Assembly: GCA_047285305.1 (NCBI GenBank)
Contig: JBJBDL010000003.1
Coordinates: 928,001 to 992,000 of the forward strand
Length of the DNA: 64,000 nt
Direction of reading: 5' to 3'
Origin: Synechococcus sp.
GTDB lineage: Bacteria > Cyanobacteriota > Cyanobacteriia > PCC-6307 > Cyanobiaceae
In this document: in pieces, positions 1 through 17,885 of the stretch
How the letters are laid out: each line of letters opens with the position of its first letter
How positions within the stretch are numbered: position 1 is the first letter of the stretch
Translations under genes and position numbers: made by a program
Notes under the pieces: model-generated
What the model was told of the DNA's origin: nothing
The model's input: the letters and a program-made list of their open reading frames with translations, nothing else
The model's database searches: none

Positions 1-2
1 AG

Positions 3-605
3 GGCCTTGGGGCCAAGCTCGCCAGCGGAGAACTCAAAGACATCATCGGTGTCACCACCTCCTTCCAAGGAGAGGTGATGGCCGCTGAGCTAGATATCCC
101 CCTGCTCAGCCTCAACGCCGTCAGCCGGATTGATCTGGCCATCGATGGTGCTGACGAAGTCGACCCTGGCTTCCAATTGATCAAGGGTGGTGGCGCTTGC
201 CACGTGCAGGAAAAACTCGTGGCGGCACGGGCGGATCGTTTTGTGGTGGTGGTGGACTCCACCAAACTGGTGGACCGTCTCAACCTCGGTTTTCTGCTGC
301 CGGTGGAAGTGCTTCCCGGCGCCTGGCGCCAGGTGAAGCAGCAGCTGGAAGCCCTCGGGGGCAGTGCTGAACTGCGCATGGCCCAGCGCAAGGCCGGCCC
401 CGTGGTCACCGATCAGGGCAACCTGGTGCTGGACGCCAAGCTCGACGGCGGCATCAGCGATCCAGTGGCCCTGGAGCAGACGATCAACAACATTCCCGGC
501 GTGCTGGAGAACGGCCTGTTCGTCAACATCACCGATGAGGTGTTGGTCGGCGAGATCGCCGATGGTGTGGCGGGTGTCCGCAGCCTGGAGAAGCGCCTCA
601 GTTGA
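3..605 (+). CDS. rpiA: ribose-5-phosphate isomerase A (5' truncated by window)
   Basis: [13 protein letters not shown] and VVTDQGN motifs; frame is open back to the window edge. Confidence 0.96.
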   Translation, partial: GLGAKLASGELKDIIGVTTSFQGEVMAAELDIPLLSLNAVSRIDLAIDGADEVDPGFQLIKGGGACHVQEKLVAARADRFVVVVDSTKLVDRLNLGFLLPVEVLPGAWRQVKQQLEALGGSAELRMAQRKAGPVVTDQGNLVLDAKLDGGISDPVALEQTINNIPGVLENGLFVNITDEVLVGEIADGVAGVRSLEKRLS

Positions 606-1905
606 GGCGCCGCCGCACCGATTCAGCGTGGCTGTGCAGGCCTTCACTGATGGCCAGCTCCTGCACAGCTGAACCGGTTGCTTCCAGGGCAGCCCGGTTG
701 AAACTGATCAGCGAGGTGTGGCGCATGAAGGTCTCAACGCTCAGGGCCCCGCTGAAGCGTGCGGCTCCACAGGTGGGCAGTGTGTGGTTCGGGCCTGCCA
801 GGTAATCCCCCACGGCTTCTGGAGACCAGGGGCCCAGGAAAATGGCTCCGGCGTTCTGAATGCGATCCGCCAGGGGCTCGGGCCGCTCCACCAGCAGCTC
901 CAGGTGTTCGGGGGCGAAGCTGTCGCTGAGGCGGGCACAGCTTTCGAGGTCGTCGCAGACCACCACCAGCCCCCAGTCCCGCAAAGCGACTTCGCAGATC
1001 TCCTGGCGGGGGTGATCGGCCAGCTGTTCGGCTACTGCGGCGTTGATCTCTTCGGCCAGTGCAGGGTCGGTGGTGATCAGCACCGCCGCCGCCAGGGGGT
1101 CGTGCTCCGCTTGAGCTAACAGATCTGCTGCCACCTGATCGGGCTTTGCGGAGTGGTCTGCGATCACCAGCACCTCGCTTGGTCCTGCCAGGGAATCGAT
1201 GGCCACCTGGCCGTACACCGCCTGTTTCGCCAGGGTCACATAAAGATTCCCGGGGCCACTGATCACGTCCACCTTGGGAACGCTCTCGCTTCCATAGGCC
1301 ATGGCGGCCACAGCCTGGGCACCTCCGAGGCGGAACACCGTTTTCACGCCGGCCAGGTGGGCCGCTGCCAGCACCACGGGACTTACCGCACCATCACGTC
1401 CGGCGGGGGAACAGATCACCACGTCTTTCACGCCGGCGACCCGGGCTGGCACCGCATTCATCAGCACGGTGCTGGGGTAAGCCGCCCGTCCTCCGGGCAC
1501 GTAGAGACCCGCCCGCTCCACCGGTCGCCAGCGCCGCCCAAGCTGTTCGCCGTGGGGGCCTGTCACCGCTAGATCGGCGGGACGTTGGCGTTGGTGAAAA
1601 TCAGTGATGCGGCGATGGGCCAGCTCCAGGGCATCCCGCAGGTTGGTCGACAGCGACGTCCAGGCCTGTTCGAGGGCCTCGGAGGACACCGCCATCGGTT
1701 CGGGCCGGAAGCCATCGAACCGTTCGGTGAAGTCGGCAATGGCGGCATCGCCGCGGTCGCGCACCGCCGCAAGAATGGCTTCAACCCGCTCACGGGCTTC
1801 ACCCTGCTGGGTTTGTGTGGTACGGCTCGATAACCGTTTCAGTTCCCTCTGGGCCTGGTCCAGATCCCGCACGATGCGAAGGGGAGCAACGGCCGGCTGG
1901 CTCAC
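598..1905 (-). CDS. hisD: histidinol dehydrogenase
   Basis: GLYVPGG, AGPSEV, QAEHD, PEHLEL and GPNHTLPT motifs; GTG start at 1905 chosen within ORF 598..1959. Confidence 0.96.
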   Translation of the reverse strand: MSQPAVAPLRIVRDLDQAQRELKRLSSRTTQTQQGEARERVEAILAAVRDRGDAAIADFTERFDGFRPEPMAVSSEALEQAWTSLSTNLRDALELAHRRITDFHQRQRPADLAVTGPHGEQLGRRWRPVERAGLYVPGGRAAYPSTVLMNAVPARVAGVKDVVICSPAGRDGAVSPVVLAAAHLAGVKTVFRLGGAQAVAAMAYGSESVPKVDVISGPGNLYVTLAKQAVYGQVAIDSLAGPSEVLVIADHSAKPDQVAADLLAQAEHDPLAAAVLITTDPALAEEINAAVAEQLADHPRQEICEVALRDWGLVVVCDDLESCARLSDSFAPEHLELLVERPEPLADRIQNAGAIFLGPWSPEAVGDYLAGPNHTLPTCGAARFSGALSVETFMRHTSLISFNRAALEATGSAVQELAISEGLHSHAESVRRRLN

Positions 1906-1940
1906 AGACAAAGGAACAGTGCGAGTTCCAGTCAAGTTAG

Positions 1941-2309
<369 letters not shown>

Positions 2310-2357
2310 TTCGGTTTCAACCGGCAGAATGGGCCGAAAGCGCGTTTCGGCCCAGCT

Positions 2358-3146
2358 GTGTTCCCCACTCCGACGTTGATTGACAGCCACTGTCACATCG
2401 TCTTCCGCAACTTTGACGACGACCTCGATGCGGTGGCCTCACGTTGGCGTGAGGCTGGGGTTGGTGCTCTGCTGCACGCCTGCGTCGAACCCTCCGAAAT
2501 TCCGGCGATCCGCGCCCTGGCGGATCGGTTTCCGGAGATGCGTTATTCCGTCGGCGTCCATCCATTGGACACCGAGCATTGGCGGGATGACACGGTGGCG
2601 GTGTTACGGCGGGCGGCTCTGGAGGACGATCGGGTGGTCGCCATCGGAGAACTCGGCCTCGATCTCTTCCGAGACAAGAATCTCGAGGAGCAGCTTGCTG
2701 TGCTGCGTCCTCAATTGGACCTGGCGGTGGAATTAAACCTGCCGGTGATCATTCACTGTCGGGATGCCGCTGAGCCGATGCTGGAGGAACTGCGGGCCCG
2801 TAAGGCGCAGGGCCGTTGCCCCGGAGGGGTGATGCATTGCTGGGGCGGCACCCCCGATGAAATGCACCAGTTCCTCGACCTCGGCTTCTACATCAGCTTC
2901 AGCGGCACCGTCACTTTCCCCAAGGCAGAGCCCACCCACGACTGCGCGCGTCAGGTACCGGAGGATCGTTTCCTGGTGGAAACCGATTGCCCTTTCTTGG
3001 CTCCTGTGCCCCGCCGCGGCAAGCGCAACGAGCCGGCCTTCGTTGCCTCCGTTGCCATGCGGGTGGCTGAGCTGCGAGGCGTGGACCTTGACAGCGTGGC
3101 CTGCAGCAGCACCGCCAACGCCCGGCGTTTGTTCGGACTCCCTTAA
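2358..3146 (+). CDS. tatD: TatD family hydrolase/DNase
   Basis: IDSHCH, GVHP, AIGELGLD and LVETDCPFLAP motifs. Confidence 0.93.
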   Translation: MFPTPTLIDSHCHIVFRNFDDDLDAVASRWREAGVGALLHACVEPSEIPAIRALADRFPEMRYSVGVHPLDTEHWRDDTVAVLRRAALEDDRVVAIGELGLDLFRDKNLEEQLAVLRPQLDLAVELNLPVIIHCRDAAEPMLEELRARKAQGRCPGGVMHCWGGTPDEMHQFLDLGFYISFSGTVTFPKAEPTHDCARQVPEDRFLVETDCPFLAPVPRRGKRNEPAFVASVAMRVAELRGVDLDSVACSSTANARRLFGLP

Positions 3147-3427
3147 CCGGAGTTCCAAAGGTGTCGAGTCCATATGTAAGATGTTGTATTGGCCTGGCCA
3201 TGCGCAGGATTCCTTCTTGTGTGTGGTGCCTGAAGCGTCCATTTCCTTCCGGTGCATTTGTCGTCGTCAGCTGATCTGACCCGCGATTTCTGAACAGCAG
3301 CAGTGGCGCTGTCGGTTCCGCCCTAGAAACCGTCGGTACCGCTGTTGTGTCGAATCGTCCTGTCAGGTGAGCTTCTGCCGCCAATCCAGTCCTCCCCAGT
3401 CCCTTCGTCCTCTCTGCCGGTCCCCGC

Positions 3428-6400
3428 ATGAGCAGCAGCGCGATTCAGGTCGCCAAGACCGCCACCTACCTCCCTGATCTGGTGGAGGTGCAGCGGGCCA
3501 GCTTTAAGTGGTTTTTGGATCAAGGTCTGATCGAGGAGCTGGAAAGCTTCTCTCCGATCACGGATTACACTGGCAAGCTGGAGCTCCACTTCATCGGTAG
3601 CGAGTACCGCCTGAAGCGCCCCCGCCATGATGTGGAAGAGGCCAAGCGGCGTGATGCGACATTCGCGTCACAGATGTATGTCACCTGCCGCCTGGTCAAC
3701 AAGGAGACCGGTGAGATCAAGGAGCAGGAGGTCTTCATCGGCGAGCTGCCGCTGATGACCGAGCGCGGCACATTCATCATCAATGGCGCTGAGCGCGTGA
3801 TTGTGAACCAGATCGTGCGCAGCCCCGGTGTCTATTTCAAGGATGAAATGGACAAGAACGGCCGGCGTACCTACAACGCCAGCGTCATCCCCAACCGGGG
3901 TGCCTGGCTGAAGTTTGAGACGGATAAGAACGACTTGCTCCATGTTCGTGTGGACAAGACCCGCAAGATCAATGCGCACGTGCTCATGCGTGCCATGGGT
4001 CTGTCCGACAACGACGTGCTCGACAAGCTGCGTCACCCCGAGTTCTACAAGAAGTCGATTGATGCCGCCAACGACGAGGGCATCAGTTCGGAAGACCAGG
4101 CGCTGCTTGAGCTCTACAAGAAACTTCGCCCGGGTGAACCCCCCTCAGTGAGTGGTGGTCAGCAGCTGCTTCAGACCCGTTTCTTCGATCCCAAGCGCTA
4201 CGACCTCGGTCGGGTCGGCCGCTACAAGATCAACAAGAAGCTGCGCCTCACCATCCCCGACACGGTGCGCACCCTCACCCATGAGGACGTGCTCTCCACA
4301 CTCGATTACCTGATCAACCTGGAACTGGATGTCGGTGGCGCCAGCCTCGACGACATCGACCACCTCGGCAACCGCCGCGTGCGTTCCGTGGGCGAACTCC
4401 TGCAGAACCAGGTTCGGGTGGGTTTGAACCGTCTTGAGCGGATCATTAAGGAACGGATGACCGTCGGCGAAACCGATTCGCTGACTCCGGCCCAGTTGGT
4501 GAACCCCAAGCCCCTAGTAGCGGCGATCAAGGAGTTCTTCGGCTCTAGTCAGTTGAGCCAGTTCATGGACCAGACCAACCCTCTGGCTGAGCTCACCCAC
4601 AAGCGCCGCATCTCGGCCCTTGGACCTGGCGGTCTCACCCGTGAGCGTGCCGGCTTCGCCGTCCGCGACATTCATCCCTCCCACTACGGCCGTCTCTGCC
4701 CGATTGAGACGCCGGAAGGCCCCAATGCCGGTCTGATCAACTCCTTGGCGACCCACGCCCGGGTCAATGAGTACGGCTTCATCGAAACACCGTTCTGGAA
4801 GGTGGAGAACGGTGTCGTTCTGAAGGATGGTGATCCGATCTATCTGTCTGCCGACCGGGAAGACGAAGTGCGCGTCGCCCCTGGTGACGTGGCCACCGAG
4901 GACGACGGCCGGATCTCAGCGGATCTGATTCCTGTGCGTTACCGCCAGGACTTCGAGAAGGTCCCCCCTGAGCAGGTCGACTACGTCGCCCTGTCACCGG
5001 TGCAGGTGATCTCTGTGGCAACATCCCTGATCCCCTTCCTGGAGCACGACGACGCCAACCGCGCTCTGATGGGCTCCAACATGCAGCGTCAGGCTGTGCC
5101 GTTGCTGCGTCCTGAGCGTGCCCTGGTGGGTACCGGCCTCGAAACCCAGGTGGCTCGCGACTCCGGCATGGTGCCGATCTCTCGCGTGAATGGCACCGTC
5201 ACCTATGTGGATGCCAACGCCATCGTTGTGCAGGACGAGGACGGCAACGACCACACCCACTTCCTGCAGAAGTATCAGCGCTCCAACCAGGACACCTGCC
5301 TGAACCAGCGCCCAATCGTCCGCTGCGGCGATCCGGTGATCGTCGGTCAAGTGATGGCGGATGGCTCGGCCTGTGAAGGCGGTGAGATCGCCTTGGGTCA
5401 GAACGTTCTGATCGCTTACATGCCCTGGGAGGGTTACAACTACGAGGATGCGCTGCTGGTCAGCGAGCGTCTGGTCACCGACGATCTCTACACCTCGGTT
5501 CACATCGAGAAGTACGAGATCGAAGCGCGTCAGACCAAGCTCGGACCTGAGGAGATCACCCGCGAAATTCCCAACGTCGCTGAGGAAAGCCTGGGCAATC
5601 TCGACGAGATGGGCATCATCCGCGTGGGCGCTTTCGTTGAGAGCGGCGACATCCTCGTGGGCAAGGTGACTCCCAAGGGTGAATCCGATCAGCCGCCGGA
5701 AGAGAAGCTGCTGCGCGCGATCTTCGGTGAGAAGGCGCGCGATGTACGCGACAACTCTCTGCGGGTGCCAGGCACCGAGCGTGGCCGCGTGGTGGATGTG
5801 CGCATCTACACCCGTGAACAGGGTGATGAGCTGCCCCCCGGCGCAAACATGGTGGTGCGGGTTTATGTGGCCCAGCGCCGCAAGATTCAGGTCGGCGACA
5901 AGATGGCCGGCCGTCACGGCAACAAGGGCATCATCAGCCGCATCCTTCCCCGGGAGGACATGCCTTATCTGCCCGACGGCACCCCGGTCGACATCGTGCT
6001 CAACCCCCTGGGTGTGCCGAGCCGGATGAATGTGGGTCAGGTGTTCGAGCTGCTAATGGGGTGGGCAGCGTCCAACCTGGATTGCCGCGTGCGCATCGTT
6101 CCCTTCGATGAGATGCACGGTGCTGAGAAGTCTCAGCAGACCGTGGAGACCTTCCTCAAGGAAGCCGCCAAGCAGCCCGGCAAGGGTTGGGTGTACGACC
6201 CTGAGGATCCCGGCAAGCTGCAGTTGCGGGATGGCCGCACCGGTCTGCCCTTCGATCAGCCTGTGGCCGTGGGTTACTCCCACTTCCTTAAGCTGGTTCA
6301 CCTGGTAGACGACAAGATTCACGCCCGCTCCACCGGCCCCTACTCCCTGGTCACCCAGCAGCCTCTGGGTGGCAAGGCACAGCAAGGTGGTCAGCGTCTT

Positions 6401-6721
6401 GGTGAGATGGAGGTGTGGGCCCTAGAGGCCTATGGCGCCGCTTACACCCTGCAAGAACTGCTCACGGTCAAGTCCGATGATATGCAGGGCCGCAACGAGG
6501 CTCTCAATGCCATCGTCAAGGGCAAGCCGATCCCCCGCCCGGGTACACCGGAATCCTTCAAGGTGCTGATGCGCGAGCTTCAGTCCCTGGGTCTGGACAT
6601 CGCTGTGTACACCGACGAAGGCAAGGAAGTGGATCTGATGCAGGACGTGAACCCACGTCGCAGCACCCCCAGCAGGCCCACCTACGAATCCCTCGGCGTC
6701 GCGGATTACGACGAGGACTGA
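3428..6721 (+). CDS. rpoB: RNA polymerase beta subunit
   Basis: 1097 aa; [12 protein letters not shown] and [14 protein letters not shown]. Confidence 0.99.
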   Translation: MSSSAIQVAKTATYLPDLVEVQRASFKWFLDQGLIEELESFSPITDYTGKLELHFIGSEYRLKRPRHDVEEAKRRDATFASQMYVTCRLVNKETGEIKEQEVFIGELPLMTERGTFIINGAERVIVNQIVRSPGVYFKDEMDKNGRRTYNASVIPNRGAWLKFETDKNDLLHVRVDKTRKINAHVLMRAMGLSDNDVLDKLRHPEFYKKSIDAANDEGISSEDQALLELYKKLRPGEPPSVSGGQQLLQTRFFDPKRYDLGRVGRYKINKKLRLTIPDTVRTLTHEDVLSTLDYLINLELDVGGASLDDIDHLGNRRVRSVGELLQNQVRVGLNRLERIIKERMTVGETDSLTPAQLVNPKPLVAAIKEFFGSSQLSQFMDQTNPLAELTHKRRISALGPGGLTRERAGFAVRDIHPSHYGRLCPIETPEGPNAGLINSLATHARVNEYGFIETPFWKVENGVVLKDGDPIYLSADREDEVRVAPGDVATEDDGRISADLIPVRYRQDFEKVPPEQVDYVALSPVQVISVATSLIPFLEHDDANRALMGSNMQRQAVPLLRPERALVGTGLETQVARDSGMVPISRVNGTVTYVDANAIVVQDEDGNDHTHFLQKYQRSNQDTCLNQRPIVRCGDPVIVGQVMADGSACEGGEIALGQNVLIAYMPWEGYNYEDALLVSERLVTDDLYTSVHIEKYEIEARQTKLGPEEITREIPNVAEESLGNLDEMGIIRVGAFVESGDILVGKVTPKGESDQPPEEKLLRAIFGEKARDVRDNSLRVPGTERGRVVDVRIYTREQGDELPPGANMVVRVYVAQRRKIQVGDKMAGRHGNKGIISRILPREDMPYLPDGTPVDIVLNPLGVPSRMNVGQVFELLMGWAASNLDCRVRIVPFDEMHGAEKSQQTVETFLKEAAKQPGKGWVYDPEDPGKLQLRDGRTGLPFDQPVAVGYSHFLKLVHLVDDKIHARSTGPYSLVTQQPLGGKAQQGGQRLGEMEVWALEAYGAAYTLQELLTVKSDDMQGRNEALNAIVKGKPIPRPGTPESFKVLMRELQSLGLDIAVYTDEGKEVDLMQDVNPRRSTPSRPTYESLGVADYDED

Positions 6722-6763
6722 CGGATCAACGAACGAACCGATTCCCCGCTCCTTCTTCCTTAA

Positions 6764-14053
<7,290 letters not shown>

Positions 14054-14107
14054 AGGATGGGCTGATGCTCTGTTCCTCAGCAGACTGCTGAAGAACAGGG
14101 TCTGCGC

Positions 14108-15862
14108 ATGACAGCGATCGATTGGCTGCTTCTCGCTGCCTACCTTGTGCTCACCCTGGTGTTGGGGTTGTGGCTGGCCCGCCGCAACAGCGGCGAGGCG
14201 GATTATTTCGTGGCTGGCCGTCGTCTGAACGGTTGGTTGGCCGGCGCCTCGATGGCGGCCACCACCTTCTCCATCGATACGCCGCTTTACGTCGCCGGCC
14301 TGGTGGGTGCTCGCGGCCTGGCGGGCAACTGGGAGTGGTGGAGCTTTGGTTTGGCTCACGTGGCCATGGCTGTTGTCTTCGCACCCCTCTGGCGCCGCAG
14401 CGGTGTGCTCACCGACGCCGCCTTCACCGAGCTGCGCTATGGCGGAGCGGCGGCGGCTTGGTTGCGCGGCATCAAGGCTTTCCTGCTGGCCGTGCCGGTT
14501 AACTGCATCGGCATCGGCTATGCCTTCCTCGCCCTCCGCAAGGTGGTGGAAGCGCTGGGGCTGGTGTCGGGTCAACCCGCAGCACTGGGAATGACGGACA
14601 CGGTCTTGCTCTTGATGGTCGTGGCTCTGCTTGTGATGAGTTACACCGTGGCCGGTGGGCTCTGGGCTGTCGTGGTCACCGATCTGGTCCAGCTTGTGCT
14701 GGCGTTGGCGGGTGCCCTGACCGTGGCCGCGGCTGCCCTCCATGCCGCAGGAGGGATTACACCGCTGTTGGAACAACTGCAGGCGCTGCAGCGGCCAGAG
14801 CTGCTCTCTCTGGTGCCCTGGACCTGGGATGACTCGGGCTTCCACTGGTTGCAGGGCAGTGGCATCAGCATTCCGATGTTCACGGCCTACATCGCTGTGC
14901 AGTGGTGGAGTTTCCGCCGCAGCGATGGGGGTGGCGAGTTCATCCAGCGCATGCTGGCCACCCGCGATGAGCAGCAGGCGCGTCTGGCGGGTTGGGTGTT
15001 TCTGGTGGTGAATTACCTCGTTCGCAGCTGGCTCTGGATCGTGGTCGCATTGGCGGCCCTGGTGCTGCTGCCTGCCGGCGCTGATCTTGAGCTCGGCTAT
15101 CCCGCCTTGGCTGTGCAACTGCTGCCCCCCGTGGCGCTTGGCCTGGTGGTGATCTCTCTGGTGGCGGCGTTCATGAGCACCGTAAGCACCTCGGTGAACT
15201 GGGGAGCCAGCTACCTCACCCACGACCTCTATCAGCGCTTTGTTCGCCCCTCTGCCGGTTCGCGGGAGCTGTTACTGGTGGGACAACTCACCACGGTTCT
15301 GCTGCTCGTTCTTGGGGTGATCACCGCTTTGGTTAGCGACAGCATCGGCACGGTGTTTCGGCTGGTGATCGCGATCGGGTCCGGCCCCGGTGTGGTTCTG
15401 GTGCTGCGCTGGTTCTGGTGGCGTGTGAACGCCGCGGCGGAGCTGTCGGCGATGCTCTGCGGCTTTTTCGTTGGGGTGTTCACCTCGGTGGTGCCCCTGG
15501 TACGGATCGAGGATTACGGGGTTCGCATTGCGGTGATCACCGGCCTCTCCGCTGTGGTCTGGTTGACGGTGATGCTGAGCACACCGCCGGAATCGGACGC
15601 TGTTTTGGAGCGGTTTGTACGGACGGTGCGTCCTCCTGGCCCCGGTTGGTCACGCTTGCGCCAGCGCTTCGGCGTCATGCCGATGGAGTCGTTGCCCGCC
15701 ATGCTGCGGCGCTTCGTTCTGGCCTGTGGTGTGTTGTTTGGCGGCCTGCTCGGCACCGGAGGCTTCCTGTTGCATCAACAGTGGAGTGGCTGGATCGGTC
15801 TGTCGGTGCTGATCCTCTCGATCTGGCAGCTGCGGCGGCGTGTCGCTGCCGTGCCCTCTTGA
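14108..15862 (+). CDS. sodium:solute symporter (SSS) family permease
   Basis: many TM helices; DYFVAGR, TVAGGLWAVVVTDLVQ, AAFMSTVST. Confidence 0.9.
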   Translation: MTAIDWLLLAAYLVLTLVLGLWLARRNSGEADYFVAGRRLNGWLAGASMAATTFSIDTPLYVAGLVGARGLAGNWEWWSFGLAHVAMAVVFAPLWRRSGVLTDAAFTELRYGGAAAAWLRGIKAFLLAVPVNCIGIGYAFLALRKVVEALGLVSGQPAALGMTDTVLLLMVVALLVMSYTVAGGLWAVVVTDLVQLVLALAGALTVAAAALHAAGGITPLLEQLQALQRPELLSLVPWTWDDSGFHWLQGSGISIPMFTAYIAVQWWSFRRSDGGGEFIQRMLATRDEQQARLAGWVFLVVNYLVRSWLWIVVALAALVLLPAGADLELGYPALAVQLLPPVALGLVVISLVAAFMSTVSTSVNWGASYLTHDLYQRFVRPSAGSRELLLVGQLTTVLLLVLGVITALVSDSIGTVFRLVIAIGSGPGVVLVLRWFWWRVNAAAELSAMLCGFFVGVFTSVVPLVRIEDYGVRIAVITGLSAVVWLTVMLSTPPESDAVLERFVRTVRPPGPGWSRLRQRFGVMPMESLPAMLRRFVLACGVLFGGLLGTGGFLLHQQWSGWIGLSVLILSIWQLRRRVAAVPS

Positions 15863-15892
15863 GCAGAATGATGCCTTGATTGGCGTGTTCCG

Positions 15893-16018
15893 GTGTCGTT
15901 TTTTCGTTCCACCCTTCTGCCGGCTCTGATTGTTCTTCTGTTTGCCCTGGCGTTGTTCGCTGTGAGTGCCCGCATCTGGCTTCCCGGTGACATGCTGGCT
16001 CCAGCTCCTATGGGTTGA
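15893..16018 (+). CDS. 41-aa single-TM small protein (not in ORF track)
   Basis: translated by hand from GTG: MSFFRSTLLPALIVLLFALALFAVSARIWLPGDMLAPAPMG; fills the intergenic gap. Confidence 0.7.
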   Translation: MSFFRSTLLPALIVLLFALALFAVSARIWLPGDMLAPAPMG

Positions 16019-16048
16019 GCTCTGGAATGGCTCTCGTAGCATCCACGC

Positions 16049-16861
16049 ATGACTGATGACCGCAGCCAACAGAAGGACCAGGGGCTCTCCAGCCTTTCTG
16101 TGGATCCTGATCTGCTGGCGCGTGAGCTGGCGGCGGAAGACGACGTTGATCCGCTTGATGCGATCCAGCTCGATGACGCCGAGCAGGATTCCTCCCTGGA
16201 GATTGCCCGGGCCTGTGACCAGGGCCTGGTCTGGTTGCGTGGCAACCATGGAGAGCGGCTGCAGGGCCTGCAGGTGTTCTGTGAACACCGCGATCCCCGG
16301 TCGATTGCCCTGCTGCTTCCCTTACTCCAGAACTCCTGTCCGGTGGAGCGGATGAGTGCCGTTTACGCATTGGGGCGCAATCCATCGCCTCCGGCTGTTG
16401 AGCCGCTGTTGCAGCTGCTGCAGCTAGATGCCAACGCCTACGTCCGCAAGGCTGCGGCCTGGAGCCTGGGCAATTTCCCCGATGCCCCGGTGCTCAATCC
16501 GCTGATCCGGGCGCTGCAGACGGATGTCGCAGCGGTGCGCCTCTGGTGTCCAGGGTCCCTGGCGGAAGCCGGCAGCCGTTCCCCGGTCAAAGCCGACCCT
16601 GCGGCGGGGCAATTGCTGGTGAGTCTGCGCATCGACAGCGAAGCGGTGGTGCGCAGCAACTGCATCTGGGCTTTGGGCCGTTTGATGGATCAGCTGGTGC
16701 AGCCGCGGCAAGTCGAGATAGTTGAAGCCCTGGTGAGTGCCCTGCTCCATGACGGGGAGATCTCCGTGCGCGATGAGGCCAGAACGGCCCTTGAGCAGCT
16801 GGAGGATCCGCTGGTGCTGGAACGTCTGCAAGCTTTGATCAACGACGGTTTCATCCTGTAA
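16049..16861 (+). CDS. HEAT-repeat (PBS lyase-like) protein
   Basis: repeated R..A..ALG units (ERMSAVYALG, VRKAAAWSLG, VRSNCIWALG). Confidence 0.85.
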   Translation: MTDDRSQQKDQGLSSLSVDPDLLARELAAEDDVDPLDAIQLDDAEQDSSLEIARACDQGLVWLRGNHGERLQGLQVFCEHRDPRSIALLLPLLQNSCPVERMSAVYALGRNPSPPAVEPLLQLLQLDANAYVRKAAAWSLGNFPDAPVLNPLIRALQTDVAAVRLWCPGSLAEAGSRSPVKADPAAGQLLVSLRIDSEAVVRSNCIWALGRLMDQLVQPRQVEIVEALVSALLHDGEISVRDEARTALEQLEDPLVLERLQALINDGFIL

Positions 16862-16935
16862 CAGGGCTCTGTAACGAGGAAGGCAACATTCGGGGGAGAC
16901 CCCCACTAGATTGCTGCGCAAATCACGCTTCTTCG

Positions 16936-17139
16936 ATGCCCCAGAAGACCATTCGTTTCACCATTCGGCCCGACGGCCGTGTGGAAGAACGGGTCGAGGG
17001 TGTTGCGGGTGAAGCGTGCCAGCAGCTCACTGAAGAAGTTGAAGCTGCTCTTGGAACGGTTGAACGTCAGGAATCCACATCCGAAGCGTTTCTGCAGCCT
17101 GAGGTCCAGTCCCAGTCTCTTCCCGCTCATTTGAACTGA
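16936..17139 (+). CDS. DUF2997 family protein
   Basis: IRFTIRPDGRVEERVEGVAGEACQQLT; adjacent to Ycf35. Confidence 0.8.
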   Translation: MPQKTIRFTIRPDGRVEERVEGVAGEACQQLTEEVEAALGTVERQESTSEAFLQPEVQSQSLPAHLN

Positions 17140-17531
17140 TGTCGCATTTCAGCACCGTCAAAACCGAACTGCGTCAGCTGGAGCCTCTGGTGAAAGCCCT
17201 GGAAGACATGGGCTATGCCCCTGATCAGGGTGAGCGCCCCGTGCGCGGCTACCGCGGCCAGACCGTCACGGCTGATCTGGCCATCGCCGTCCAGGAAGGT
17301 GGTGATATCGGCTTCCGCTGGAACAGCGCATCGGAGTCCTATGAGCTGGTCACCGACCTCGACCTGTGGAAGCAACAGATTCCTGTGGAACGTTTTCTCT
17401 CCAAGCTCACTCAGCGCTATGCCTTGAATACGGTTCTGGCTGCCACCACCAAGGAAGGATTCCAGGTTGCCGAGCAGACCCAAACCGAGGATGGTTCGAT
17501 CGAACTAGTGGTGACCCGCTGGGACGCCTGA
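17139..17531 (+). CDS. ycf35: Ycf35/DUF1257 family protein
   Basis: MSHFSTVKTEL...VRGYRGQT...DIGFRWN; 1-nt overlap with upstream stop. Confidence 0.85.
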   Translation: MSHFSTVKTELRQLEPLVKALEDMGYAPDQGERPVRGYRGQTVTADLAIAVQEGGDIGFRWNSASESYELVTDLDLWKQQIPVERFLSKLTQRYALNTVLAATTKEGFQVAEQTQTEDGSIELVVTRWDA

Positions 17532-17534
17532 ATC

Positions 17535-17885
17535 CTGGCTGATCCTTCGTCTCACGCCTTTTCCGCCCCCGCTCGGCCGCAGGAGCAGGCCACCGGGAGG
17601 GAACCCTTGCTCGGGGGCGACATGCGCGACCAGGCCGTCTGGGTGGATGAAGCTGTGTGCATCGGCTGTCGTTACTGCGCCCACGTGGCTGCGAACACCT
17701 TTGTTGTTGAGCCGCATCTGGGACGCTCAAGGGCTATCCGACAGGACGGTGACTCAACCGAATGCATTCAGGAGGCCATCGACACCTGCCCTGTGGATTG
17801 CATTCACTGGGTTCCCTTTGAATCGTTGGAAACGCTGCGGCAAAACCTGATTCGCCAGAATCTTCAACCGCGTCCCCAGGGTTGA
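17535..17885 (+). CDS. ferredoxin (4Fe-4S/3Fe-4S type); start uncertain (CTG 17535 or TTG 17607)
   Basis: CIGCRYC ... TCPVDCIHW. Confidence 0.85.
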   Translation: MADPSSHAFSAPARPQEQATGREPLLGGDMRDQAVWVDEAVCIGCRYCAHVAANTFVVEPHLGRSRAIRQDGDSTECIQEAIDTCPVDCIHWVPFESLETLRQNLIRQNLQPRPQG

